Of a stretch of DNA of 48,334 bases, positions 28,542 through 37,243 are shown in pieces (the stretch's first letter is position 1; the number at the start of each line of letters is the position of its first letter). A program made the position numbers and the translations under genes. The stretch comes from Dehalococcoidia bacterium (GTDB lineage Bacteria > Chloroflexota > Dehalococcoidia > Dehalococcoidales > SURF-40): the NCBI GenBank assembly GCA_003599745.1, contig QZJL01000029.1, positions 1-48,334 of the forward strand, read 5' to 3'. Under the pieces are notes generated by a model, which saw nothing but the letters and a program-made list of their open reading frames with translations, was not told where the DNA came from and searched no databases.

Positions 28542-29108
28542 ATGCAAGTGGCAGAGCGCGACGCAGTAGTGCTAGTTGACGAGCAGGGCCGTGACAAGTA
28601 TCAAGATGATGGCCGGCTATCCATCTCCGGGAAGATAGAGGCGCATCGCCGTGGTCAATTACATAGGGCGGTTTCTGTCTTCATCTTTAACGATGGGAAC
28701 GAAATTTTGCTGCAGAAGCGCGCTGATGGTAAGTATCATTCCCCGGGAAAGTGGACTAATACCTGTTGCACTCATCCTGTACCGGGTGAGAGTCCAGTTA
28801 AAGCTGCACGAAGCAGGCTCGTTGAGGAAATGGGAATTGTAACCCAGTTAACCGAGGCCTTTGCGTTTTTATATCGAGCCGATGTCGGAAATGGTCTAGT
28901 CGAAAATGAATTCGACCACGTATTCGTCGGGGTCTTTAATCAGAAACCAAACCCTGACCCGGATGAAGTGTCCGACTGGAAATGGACGCCTGCAAAAGAG
29001 TTAAGACAAGAATTGGATATTAATCCTGATGAGTATAGTCCCTGGCTTCGGCAATGCTTCAGCGAAGTGTTTGAATACAGGCTACGAGACGCGAGCGGTT
29101 GCATATGA
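28542..29108 (+). CDS. idi: Isopentenyl-diphosphate delta-isomerase, type 1 (Nudix fold)
   Basis: HRRGQLHRAVSVFIFN, LLQKRA..K, KWTNTCCTHP (catalytic Cys), VENEFDHVFVG (catalytic Glu). Confidence 0.88.
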   Translation: MQVAERDAVVLVDEQGRDKYQDDGRLSISGKIEAHRRGQLHRAVSVFIFNDGNEILLQKRADGKYHSPGKWTNTCCTHPVPGESPVKAARSRLVEEMGIVTQLTEAFAFLYRADVGNGLVENEFDHVFVGVFNQKPNPDPDEVSDWKWTPAKELRQELDINPDEYSPWLRQCFSEVFEYRLRDASGCI

Positions 29109-29881
29109 ACTACCTGACTCTATTTGTTTCATTGCGTTGCACACAGACGTGTGCTCATTGTCTGTACGGATGTTCTCCCGCTAAAGGAGAGCACATGTCC
29201 CGGGAAGTTTTCATAAGGTCAGTAGCCATTGCCAAAGAGAGTCGAATCACGACATTGAATTTCTTCGGTGGGGAACCATTGCTTAACCCGCATTTCTTTC
29301 CCATGCTGCAGACAGCGTTCGAAAATGGTTTTTCCGTAATGCTCGCAACAAATTGCCGTCCTCTTGCCCGAAAAGAGCTTTTCGCCAAATTTCTAAGCAT
29401 TACCAAAACCCACCAAGAGAAAATACATATTTTCACTGCCAGAGACAAGTTTCATCTGGAGCATTTCGACCCGTTTAATGTCATCGCCGCTTTGAGGAAA
29501 GAAAATTACGAAGTCTCCGTTAGTGATTATTCTAATGAGGCAATTCTATTGTCTGAATATAACTTTTACAATCAGAACCTGCGGGACCTGAACACGCTCT
29601 ATTCGTGTTGCGGGGGCCGGTGGACGGACTATCTCGGAGTCTTGCCAGATGGTGCGTGGACGATTTGCCCCCCGTCTCTGGAAGCATTCGGTAACATCTT
29701 TTCTAACAGCCTTGAAGAGATTGTGGAATTCAAACGTGGATTGCCGCTACGCTATGCCGAAGGGTGTACCGATTGTCTGACAGACTTCAAGATCTTCCGG
29801 AAAGAATTCGAGATGGGGAAAGCCTTTCAAGCCGCGGAAAAGTCAAAGACAGGCAGCACACCCAATCCTGACGCGGTGTAA
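29105..29881 (+). CDS. Radical SAM enzyme with a SPASM/twitch-like C-terminal Cys domain (RiPP-maturase-like)
   Basis: CxxxCxxC in SLRCTQTCAHCLY and FFGGEPLL. C-terminal CGGRWTDYLGVLPDGAWTIC fits CX13GX4C, followed by CTDC. ATG 29105 overlaps the idi stop (ATGA). Confidence 0.8.
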   Translation: MNYLTLFVSLRCTQTCAHCLYGCSPAKGEHMSREVFIRSVAIAKESRITTLNFFGGEPLLNPHFFPMLQTAFENGFSVMLATNCRPLARKELFAKFLSITKTHQEKIHIFTARDKFHLEHFDPFNVIAALRKENYEVSVSDYSNEAILLSEYNFYNQNLRDLNTLYSCCGGRWTDYLGVLPDGAWTICPPSLEAFGNIFSNSLEEIVEFKRGLPLRYAEGCTDCLTDFKIFRKEFEMGKAFQAAEKSKTGSTPNPDAV

Positions 29882-29915
29882 CCAGGAAGTTCAAACGCAT
29901 TTTAGGGGTAATATT

Positions 29916-31022
29916 ATGAATGTTGCCAAAATCCTCGTCGTGGATGATGAGGAAGCCGTGCGAGAAGTGATTCAGGCGATGCTTGAAACTAAAGGGTATG
30001 AAGTAGACGTCGCGGGGGACGCTGTGGAAGCATTAGCAGATGCCAAGCAAAAACAATACGATTTGCTCATCACGGACATCTGTATGCCCGAGATAGACGG
30101 TTTGGAGCTTAGCCGAAGGTTGCGGGAATCAAGCCCTGATATTGCTTCAATACTGGTTACCGGATACCCGACGGTTGACACGGCAATGGCAGGGGTCAAG
30201 ACAGGCGTCTATGACTATATAATCAAACCGGTAAGGAAGGATAAACTTTGTCATTCCGTAGCCAGTGTCATTAAAAGGCAACAGCACGTGCGTTTTCTGG
30301 AGAAAATGGCGCGCGATTCACAAAAAGAGGAAAACGACCGGGGGCAGTTCGTCAACGTCCTTGCCCACGAACTTTACACATCACTTACACCGATGCTCAC
30401 TGGCGCCGAACTAATGCTGGAAAGAGTCAAAGGTGAGCCGAACACTGTCGAGGACAGGTTGGCAAAGGTAATGTTCGGCAGCGCACAGATGATGCGCTAT
30501 CGCCTCGACAAATTGCTGCTGCTCGCCCGGCTTGAGGCAGGAGGCTTTGTCTTACATTTAACTCGGTTTGACGTTCTGACCATCATCAAGCAAGCAAAAG
30601 CAAGGTTTGACGTCGTAGCATCCGAGAAGGGTCAGCGCTTGGAATTGGATATACCGGATAGCCCACTTCCCATCAAAGCCGATCGCTCTTGTCTCGAGCA
30701 GGTTATAACAAACCTCTTGGAGAACGCGTTGAAATTTACACCCGAAGGCGGAAAAGTTCTATTAGAAGCGAAGATTGTCGAGGGTGAACTGTTGGTCAGT
30801 GTGCAAGACAGTGGGGCCACATTTACTGACGAAGAGCGTCAGCGTCTGATGCAACCATTTTGGAGGAGCGAGATAGACAGGCAAAGGATTCCCGGGGTTC
30901 GCCTAGGGTTAGCTCTGTGCCAGAAGTTAGTTGAAATTCAAGGTGGTACGATTTGGGTAGAGGGCGGCAAGGAAGGAGGAAACACTTTCGCTTTCGCTGT
31001 GCCGGTTTCAGCCACTGAGTAG
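29916..31022 (+). CDS. Soluble hybrid REC-HisKA-HATPase sensor kinase
   Basis: REC: ILVVDDEE, LLITDICMPEIDG, LVTGY, IKP. H-box LAHELYTSLTP, N box NLLENALKFTPEGG, G box GVRLGLALCQKLVE. No TM segment. Confidence 0.88.
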   Translation: MNVAKILVVDDEEAVREVIQAMLETKGYEVDVAGDAVEALADAKQKQYDLLITDICMPEIDGLELSRRLRESSPDIASILVTGYPTVDTAMAGVKTGVYDYIIKPVRKDKLCHSVASVIKRQQHVRFLEKMARDSQKEENDRGQFVNVLAHELYTSLTPMLTGAELMLERVKGEPNTVEDRLAKVMFGSAQMMRYRLDKLLLLARLEAGGFVLHLTRFDVLTIIKQAKARFDVVASEKGQRLELDIPDSPLPIKADRSCLEQVITNLLENALKFTPEGGKVLLEAKIVEGELLVSVQDSGATFTDEERQRLMQPFWRSEIDRQRIPGVRLGLALCQKLVEIQGGTIWVEGGKEGGNTFAFAVPVSATE

Positions 31023-31140
31023 TTCAACTTCCTGAATTGCCGTTGAGATTGCACATTTGTAAGTATCGGTATTAAAAATGGTGGTAGCCGAATTCGCCAC
31101 AATAAATAAGCCACACTAAAAATGTCGCTTCTTTAGTGCG

Positions 31141-31671
31141 ATGACAAAACCTCAAAGAATGATTCATATTATGGAAAAACGTTTGAGAGGGGGCGGGAGC
31201 AGTATGGCGACTCGTGGCGTTGGTGATATGACCGATGCGGAAGTAACCGATTTTATCAAGCAATCTGCCTGCGGCGTCGTCACGGTTATGGATGGCAACC
31301 GGCCGTACTCGGTGGTGCTGGAACACTACTATGACGGCAAGAACTTCTACTTCGGGTGCAGTACCCGCGAAGACCAGCGGAAGCTGAGGTGCATCCGTGA
31401 GAACCCGCATGCCACCTTTATGATGTACCAGTCCCGGCGCGAAAACCCCGGTATGCTCAAGCAGGATACGAAATGCCGGTCGGTGCTGGTTGAGGGCAAG
31501 CTCCGCGAAGCGGAGATAAAGACGGTGAAATCCCGGGAGTTCGGCCAGGTGAATTTGAAGTTGCTCAAGCTCGAGCCGGATATCATCAGCAACTGGCGCT
31601 GCACCAGAAAAACCTGTGACTGGGAGACACGCTGGTACGAGCGCTACCCCGAATTGGTAGCGGACCTGTAA
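31141..31671 (+). CDS. Pyridoxamine 5'-phosphate oxidase-family (FMN-binding split-barrel) protein
   Basis: MTDAEVTDFIKQSACGVVTVMDGNRPYSVVLEHYYDGKNFYFGCS...KLRCIRENPHATF fits the PNPOx-like N-terminal pattern. The true start may be an internal Met (31204 or 31228). Confidence 0.65.
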   Translation: MTKPQRMIHIMEKRLRGGGSSMATRGVGDMTDAEVTDFIKQSACGVVTVMDGNRPYSVVLEHYYDGKNFYFGCSTREDQRKLRCIRENPHATFMMYQSRRENPGMLKQDTKCRSVLVEGKLREAEIKTVKSREFGQVNLKLLKLEPDIISNWRCTRKTCDWETRWYERYPELVADL

Positions 31672-31720
31672 CCGCAGGTTCGCCCTCCTTCGTTATTGTC
31701 CTGCCCTGCCGCCAGCAGAA

Positions 31721-31749
31721 TTGACTTGGAGTGGTCTGGATGCTATCAT
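31721..31749 (+). promoter_or_regulatory. Candidate promoter upstream of the uracil-DNA glycosylase gene
   Basis: TTGACT (31721-31726), 17-nt spacer, TATCAT (31744-31749). Confidence 0.4.
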
Positions 31750-31788
31750 AAATCCTGATTTCAGAGAGGTATATGGACTGACCGAAAA

Positions 31789-32385
31789 ATGCCGGCCTTA
31801 GATGACCTTGCCCGGGAAATTTGCCTCTGCCGCAAGTGCCCGGCTCTGGTGAAAAGCCGCACCCTGGTGGTGCCCGGCTGCGGCCCGGACGATGCCCCAA
31901 TCCTGTTTATCGGGGAGGCCCCTGGCTACAACGAAGACCAGCAGGGGCTGCCCTTTGTCGGCGCCGCCGGGGCTTTCCTTGACGAGCTGCTTGCCTCCAT
32001 CAAGCTGAAACGGGACGAGGTCTTTATCACCAACATCATCAAGTGCCGTCCCCCGGAAAACCGCGACCCGCTGCCCACCGAAATCTCAAACTGCAATCCC
32101 TGGCTGGAAAGCCAGCTAGGGCGGTTGAAACCCAGGATGATTGTGACACTGGGGCGCTACTCGCTGGCTAGATTTTTCCCCGGCAAGACCATCAGCAAAA
32201 TCCACGGCACGGCGCAAAAGCGTAACGGCGTTATCTATTTCGCCATGTACCATCCGGCGGCGGCGCTGCATCAGGGAACCCTGCGCCAGACCATCATCGA
32301 GGATATGGCGCGCATCCCCGGCCTGCTTGCCCAGGCCAGTAAAGTGGCCGAGGATGACCAGCCGCGCCAGATGAGCATGTTTTAG
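31789..32385 (+). CDS. udg: Uracil-DNA glycosylase, family 4 (Fe-S type)
   Basis: CRKCPAL Cys cluster, motif A GEAPGYNEDQQGLPFVGAAG, FITNIIKCRPP, motif B YHPAAAL. Confidence 0.9.
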   Translation: MPALDDLAREICLCRKCPALVKSRTLVVPGCGPDDAPILFIGEAPGYNEDQQGLPFVGAAGAFLDELLASIKLKRDEVFITNIIKCRPPENRDPLPTEISNCNPWLESQLGRLKPRMIVTLGRYSLARFFPGKTISKIHGTAQKRNGVIYFAMYHPAAALHQGTLRQTIIEDMARIPGLLAQASKVAEDDQPRQMSMF

Positions 32386-32394
32386 GTAGAGAAT

Positions 32395-34056
32395 ATGGCT
32401 AAATCAAGGCTTAAGATTATCCCCCTCGGCGGCCTCGGCGAAATCGGCAAAAACATGATGGTGATTGAGTGTGACAACGACATCATCATCGTTGACGTCG
32501 GCCTGATGTTCCCCGATATCGAGATGATGGGCGTTGACCTGGTCATCCCCGATATCAGCTATCTCGAAGACCAGCGGGACCGCATCCGGGGCATCATCAT
32601 CACTCACGGCCACCAGGACCACATCGGCGCGCTGCCCTATCTTCTGCCGGTGCTTAACGCGCCGGTCTACGCCACCCGGCTGACCATGGGCTTAATCGAA
32701 GGCGAGCTTAAGGAGCAGAAGGTCCGCGACCGGGTGGTCTTGAAAGTGCTGCCCTCGGACGGGGTGGTTACCCTCGGGAAGTTCCGGGTGGAGTTTTTCC
32801 CGGTTAATCACAGCATCCCCGACGCCGTCGGTCTCATCATTGATACCCCGCTGGGTAAAATCGTGCACACCGGCGATTTCAAGCTCGACCATACCCCGGT
32901 GAGCGGCAAGCCGACCGATTTTTCGCGTCTGGCCTGCCTTGGGGTTAAAGGAGTGCTGCTCTTGCTCTCGGACTCGACCTACGCCGAGCTGCCGGGCTAC
33001 ACCCCCTCCGAAAGCGTGGTCGGAGAAAACCTGGAGCGCGTCATCGCCGCTGCCCCGGGACGGGTCATCGTGGCTACCTTCTCATCCTTGGTGTCACGCA
33101 TCCAGCAGGTGATAGACGCCGCCGTCAAACACCAGCGGCGCGTTTTCATCGTCGGTCGCTCTATGACCAACACCGTGCGTATTTCCCAGGAGTTGGGCTA
33201 TCTCCGGGCGCCGGACGGGGTGCTCGGCCAGCTCGATGAGTTAAAGGGTCTGCCGGCGGATAAAATCGTCTTTGTCACCACCGGCAGCCAGGGGGAGCCG
33301 ACCTCAGCGCTGGTACGCATCGCCAACCGCGACTTCCGCCAGCTTCACATCGTCCCCGGTGACACGGTTGTGATTTCGGCCTCGCCCATCCCGGGCAACG
33401 AGGCATTGATTCATCGCGTGATTAACGACATCTTCAAGCAGGGGGCGCAGGTGCTTTACAGCGGCCTGGCGCAGCCCGCCGTCCATGTCCACGGCCACGC
33501 CAGCCAGGAAGAGCTGAAACTGATTTTGAGCCTCACCAAGCCCCGCTTTTTCGTGCCGGTGCACGGTGAGTACCGCCACCTGGTGCAGCATGCCCGGCTC
33601 GCCGAGCAGGTGGGCGTGGCCCGTGAAAATATCTTCGTGATGCAAGACGGCGACATTCTGGAGCTTGGCCCCCGCCATGGCCGGGTGACAGGCCGCGCCA
33701 ATGCCGGCAACGTCTACGTGGACGGCCTCAGCGTGGGCGACATCGGTAGCGTCGTCCTGCGCGACCGTAAGATGCTTTCGCGGGACGGCATCGTGATGGT
33801 AATCATCGCCATTAACGGCCAGACCGGCGAGCTGGTCGGCCGCCCGGACATCATCTCGCGCGGCTTTGTGGAAAGCAAAGACCTCGACGTCATCGAACAT
33901 AGCCGCGACCTTGTCAGCGAGGTGCTTACCCACCGCCGCAACCGGCTTGCCGAGTGGAGCGTCATTGATAATAAGGTGAGGGAAACCCTTAATCGTTTCT
34001 ACTACGAGCAGACCAGGCGCCGTCCCATGATATTGCCCTTTATGATGAAAGTGTGA
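32395..34056 (+). CDS. rnj: Ribonuclease J
   Basis: KIIPLGGLGEIGKNMMV, metallo-beta-lactamase HxHxDH (HGHQDHIGALP), beta-CASP region, HGHASQEEL. 553 aa. Confidence 0.93.
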   Translation: MAKSRLKIIPLGGLGEIGKNMMVIECDNDIIIVDVGLMFPDIEMMGVDLVIPDISYLEDQRDRIRGIIITHGHQDHIGALPYLLPVLNAPVYATRLTMGLIEGELKEQKVRDRVVLKVLPSDGVVTLGKFRVEFFPVNHSIPDAVGLIIDTPLGKIVHTGDFKLDHTPVSGKPTDFSRLACLGVKGVLLLLSDSTYAELPGYTPSESVVGENLERVIAAAPGRVIVATFSSLVSRIQQVIDAAVKHQRRVFIVGRSMTNTVRISQELGYLRAPDGVLGQLDELKGLPADKIVFVTTGSQGEPTSALVRIANRDFRQLHIVPGDTVVISASPIPGNEALIHRVINDIFKQGAQVLYSGLAQPAVHVHGHASQEELKLILSLTKPRFFVPVHGEYRHLVQHARLAEQVGVARENIFVMQDGDILELGPRHGRVTGRANAGNVYVDGLSVGDIGSVVLRDRKMLSRDGIVMVIIAINGQTGELVGRPDIISRGFVESKDLDVIEHSRDLVSEVLTHRRNRLAEWSVIDNKVRETLNRFYYEQTRRRPMILPFMMKV

Positions 34057-34077
34057 CCTGGCCGGGAGGTTGGGAGG

Positions 34078-36336
34078 ATGACTAGAAAAAAAACAGCCTC
34101 ACGGGAAAGGGCGGGCAGGGACGCCGCGCCCGCCTCCGGCAGGCGGTTCTTTGTCCGGCTGGCGCGTTTTCTTCTTGTGGTCGCCGCGGTCGGCCTACTC
34201 TGGTGGCGGTGGGACGATATCGTTTTGTGGGCGGAAAGCGTGGCTGCCGGTACCGCCAATATTTTTGGCTGGGGGCTATTCCTGGTCGTCATTTTTCTCC
34301 TGGCCATTTTCATCGCGCTGATTTACCGGTCCCTGTTACCCTATATCAGAGTATTACGCCCCATAATTTTTCACTTCCACCAGTGGCTGGGGGGCGTCAG
34401 CCTGATACTGGCGGCCTGGGGAGTGCTGGCCCTCTTTGGTCTGGGAGGCCGTATCGGGGACTGGGTTATCACCCAGAACGCTGCCATCGGCGTTTTGAGA
34501 ATTTTTGGTTTCGTGCTTTTAGGTACCGCGCTGATTGCCCCGCGGGCCTCGTACCGCGCCCTGAAATGGGTTTTCAAACGGCCTGCGGGAAAGCTAAAAG
34601 TTCAAACGCCATTACCGGTTGCCCCGCTGCTTGCTGACCTGCCGCCGGAGAAAGCGGCGCTGGAGAAGACCACGCCCGAAAAGGTTTTGCCGGCAAGTTC
34701 TTTCCCTCCGGCAGCGGCGGCGCTGTCTGCGGGGGTTGAGGCCATTGCCGAAGCCAAGAAAAAGCTGGCTGCGGCGACTGCCGCGCCGAAAGCGCCTGAG
34801 GAACTGCGGGAGGTAGCCAGAGAGGTCTGGCGCAAATACGGCGAAGACCCTTCGCTGGTAGTGGTTGATGGCTGGCGGCTGCCGCCGCTTGAAATCCTGG
34901 ATGCCATCCCGGAGGTCGAGTTCAGCAAGGCCGACAACTTAAATCGCGCCCGCCTGATTGAGGAAGCCCTCTCAAGCTACGGGGTTGATGCCAAGGTGGT
35001 GCAGATTAATGTCGGGCCGACCGTGACCCAGTTCGGCATTGAGCCGGGTTGGGACCGCCGGGTAAAAGAGGTCAAAGAGAGAGACCGCGACGGCAACACA
35101 ATCTCCCGCCAAGAAGAAATATCCCGCACCCGCGTCAAAGTGGAGCGCATCAGTTCGCTGGCTAATGACCTGGCGCTCTCTCTGGCGGCGCCGAGCATCC
35201 GCATCGAGGCCCCGGTGCCGGGCAAATCGGTAGTGGGTATCGAGGTGCCCAACACCGTATCCAGCCAGGTTAGCCTGCGCGGGGTCATCGAGACCAACGT
35301 ATATCAGAAGCAGAGCGCCCGTTCGAAGCTCGCGGTAGCGCTGGGGAAGGGGGCCGGTGGGGAGGCCGCCGCCGGCGACCTGACGAAAATGCCTCATCTG
35401 CTCATTGCCGGGGCGACCGGCAGCGGCAAGACGGTATGCCTCAACGCTATCATCTCTGGCCTTCTGCTCCAGAACACCCCCTACGACCTCAAGTTCATAC
35501 TGGTTGACCCCAAGCGGGTGGAGCTTACACCCTATGACGGCATACCCCACCTGGCGACACCGGTCATCGTTGATATTGACCGGGCACTAAGCTCGCTTCG
35601 CTGGCTTGCCGGCGAGATGGACAAACGTTACCCCAAGATGGCCGCCGCCGGGGTGCGCAACATCGAGGGCTACAACAAAAACCGCCAGGGAGCCGAGAAG
35701 ATGCCCTGCCTGGTGCTGGTGATTGACGAGCTGGCCGACCTCATGATGGCCGGCTTTGACGAGGTCGAGCAAATCATCTGCCGCCTTGCCCAGCTTGGCC
35801 GGGCGGCCGGCATTCACCTGGTGGTGGCGACCCAGCGCCCTTCGGTGGACGTGGTCACCGGTCTCATCAAGGCCAACTTCCCCACCCGTATCAGCTTTGC
35901 CGTGACCTCGCAGGTGGACTCGCGCACCATACTCGACATCGGCGGTGCGGAAAAGCTGCTGGGCCGCGGCGATATGCTCTACATGGCTACCGAATCGGCC
36001 AAGCCCAAGCGCCTCCAGGGCTGCTACGTCTCGGACGCCGAGACCGAGCGGCTGGTCTTTTTCTGGAGTAACCAGCGCCCCCAGGCGCCGCCCTCGCTCC
36101 AGATTGATGACCTGGCGATGACCGCCAGGCCTGAGAGCCAGCCCGAGGATGCCCTGTTGGAAGCCGCCCGCCAGCTTGCCCGGGAGCACCAGCAGGTTTC
36201 CGCCTCATTTCTGCAGCGCCGGCTGCGCATCGGCTACCCCCGTGCCGCCCGCATTATGGAACAGCTTGAAGAGGAAGGTTTTGGCCGGGGCGAGGACCTA
36301 CCCACCCCGCCCCCTAGCCAGTCCAGGAGAGACTGA
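34078..36336 (+). CDS. ftsK: DNA translocase FtsK/SpoIIIE
   Basis: N-terminal TM helices, Pro/Ala linker, Walker A GATGSGKTVCLN, Walker B VIDELADLMM, and a C-terminal gamma winged helix (SASFLQRRLRIGYPRAARIMEQLEEEG). Confidence 0.95.
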   Translation: MTRKKTASRERAGRDAAPASGRRFFVRLARFLLVVAAVGLLWWRWDDIVLWAESVAAGTANIFGWGLFLVVIFLLAIFIALIYRSLLPYIRVLRPIIFHFHQWLGGVSLILAAWGVLALFGLGGRIGDWVITQNAAIGVLRIFGFVLLGTALIAPRASYRALKWVFKRPAGKLKVQTPLPVAPLLADLPPEKAALEKTTPEKVLPASSFPPAAAALSAGVEAIAEAKKKLAAATAAPKAPEELREVAREVWRKYGEDPSLVVVDGWRLPPLEILDAIPEVEFSKADNLNRARLIEEALSSYGVDAKVVQINVGPTVTQFGIEPGWDRRVKEVKERDRDGNTISRQEEISRTRVKVERISSLANDLALSLAAPSIRIEAPVPGKSVVGIEVPNTVSSQVSLRGVIETNVYQKQSARSKLAVALGKGAGGEAAAGDLTKMPHLLIAGATGSGKTVCLNAIISGLLLQNTPYDLKFILVDPKRVELTPYDGIPHLATPVIVDIDRALSSLRWLAGEMDKRYPKMAAAGVRNIEGYNKNRQGAEKMPCLVLVIDELADLMMAGFDEVEQIICRLAQLGRAAGIHLVVATQRPSVDVVTGLIKANFPTRISFAVTSQVDSRTILDIGGAEKLLGRGDMLYMATESAKPKRLQGCYVSDAETERLVFFWSNQRPQAPPSLQIDDLAMTARPESQPEDALLEAARQLAREHQQVSASFLQRRLRIGYPRAARIMEQLEEEGFGRGEDLPTPPPSQSRRD

Positions 36337-36393
36337 CAGGCGATTAAGTTTAGCGCATTAAGTAGAGGAACCCGTGCCGGTCGAACCATCGGC

Positions 36394-36432
36394 TCGCCCT
36401 TTGACAAGCTCCCTTCGACAAGCTCAGGGCGA
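36394..36432. repeat. Tandem 14-nt-period repeat flanked by a 7-bp inverted repeat
   Basis: CCCTTTGACAAGCTC (36397-36411) and CCCTTCGACAAGCTC (36411-36425) differ at one base. They are flanked by TCGCCCT (36394-36400) and AGGGCGA (36426-36432). Confidence 0.6.
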
Positions 36433-36481
36433 ACGGAACTAAATGTCTGACATATTTACACAACTAAGCACTGACCCTTCT

Positions 36482-37243
36482 CTATGCCTGGATTTTTTCG
36501 AAAAGATAGCTGCCGATGGCCAACAAGACGACCGCCAGGACGACCATAACCAGCAGGTCGGTGGCGATACCGAAGACGCTTGAGTCTATCAGGGCGCCGC
36601 GCAAGCCGTCCACGCCGTAACTCACCGGGTTGACCCTGGTCACCACCTCCATCGCCGCCGGCAGTCCCTGGAGCGGGAAAAGGGCGCCGGAAAGAAAGAA
36701 GAGGGGCATCACCAGGAAGTTCATGATGAGCTGGAACCCCTGCATATCCTCAATCCGCGAGGCGATGGCTACCCCGAACGATGTGAATATGACGGCGACC
36801 AGAAAAACGAACAGCGCTCCGAGGGGCAGCATCAGCGGGTCATGGAAGCGGAAACCGATGACAAGCGCCATGAGGAAGACAATCAGCCCCTGAAACGAGG
36901 CTACGGTCGCCCCGCCCAGGGTCTTGCCCAGCATAATCTGCCAGCGGGGTACCGGCGCAATCATCGTCTCTTTCAGAAATCCGAACTGCCGGTCCCAGAT
37001 AAGGTCAATACCGGAAAAGACGGCGGCGAACAAGACACTCATCATGATGATGCCCGGGCCTAAAAACTGGATGTAGTCCCCCTGACCAGCCTGGCGGAAG
37101 ACCTGGCCGAAACCGAAGCCGAAAGCCAGCATGAAAAGCAGGGGCTGGCCGAGCGCGCCGACGATGCGGGAACGGGCGCGGAAGTATTTTTTAACCTGCC
37201 TCAGCCAGAGAATGTAGATGGTACTCACCGCTGTCGCCGCCAC
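36482..37243 (-). CDS. ABC-2 type transporter permease
   Basis: 253 aa with six hydrophobic segments. Start overlaps the stop region of the upstream ATPase gene (19-nt overlap). Confidence 0.85.
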   Translation of the reverse strand: MAATAVSTIYILWLRQVKKYFRARSRIVGALGQPLLFMLAFGFGFGQVFRQAGQGDYIQFLGPGIIMMSVLFAAVFSGIDLIWDRQFGFLKETMIAPVPRWQIMLGKTLGGATVASFQGLIVFLMALVIGFRFHDPLMLPLGALFVFLVAVIFTSFGVAIASRIEDMQGFQLIMNFLVMPLFFLSGALFPLQGLPAAMEVVTRVNPVSYGVDGLRGALIDSSVFGIATDLLVMVVLAVVLLAIGSYLFEKIQA

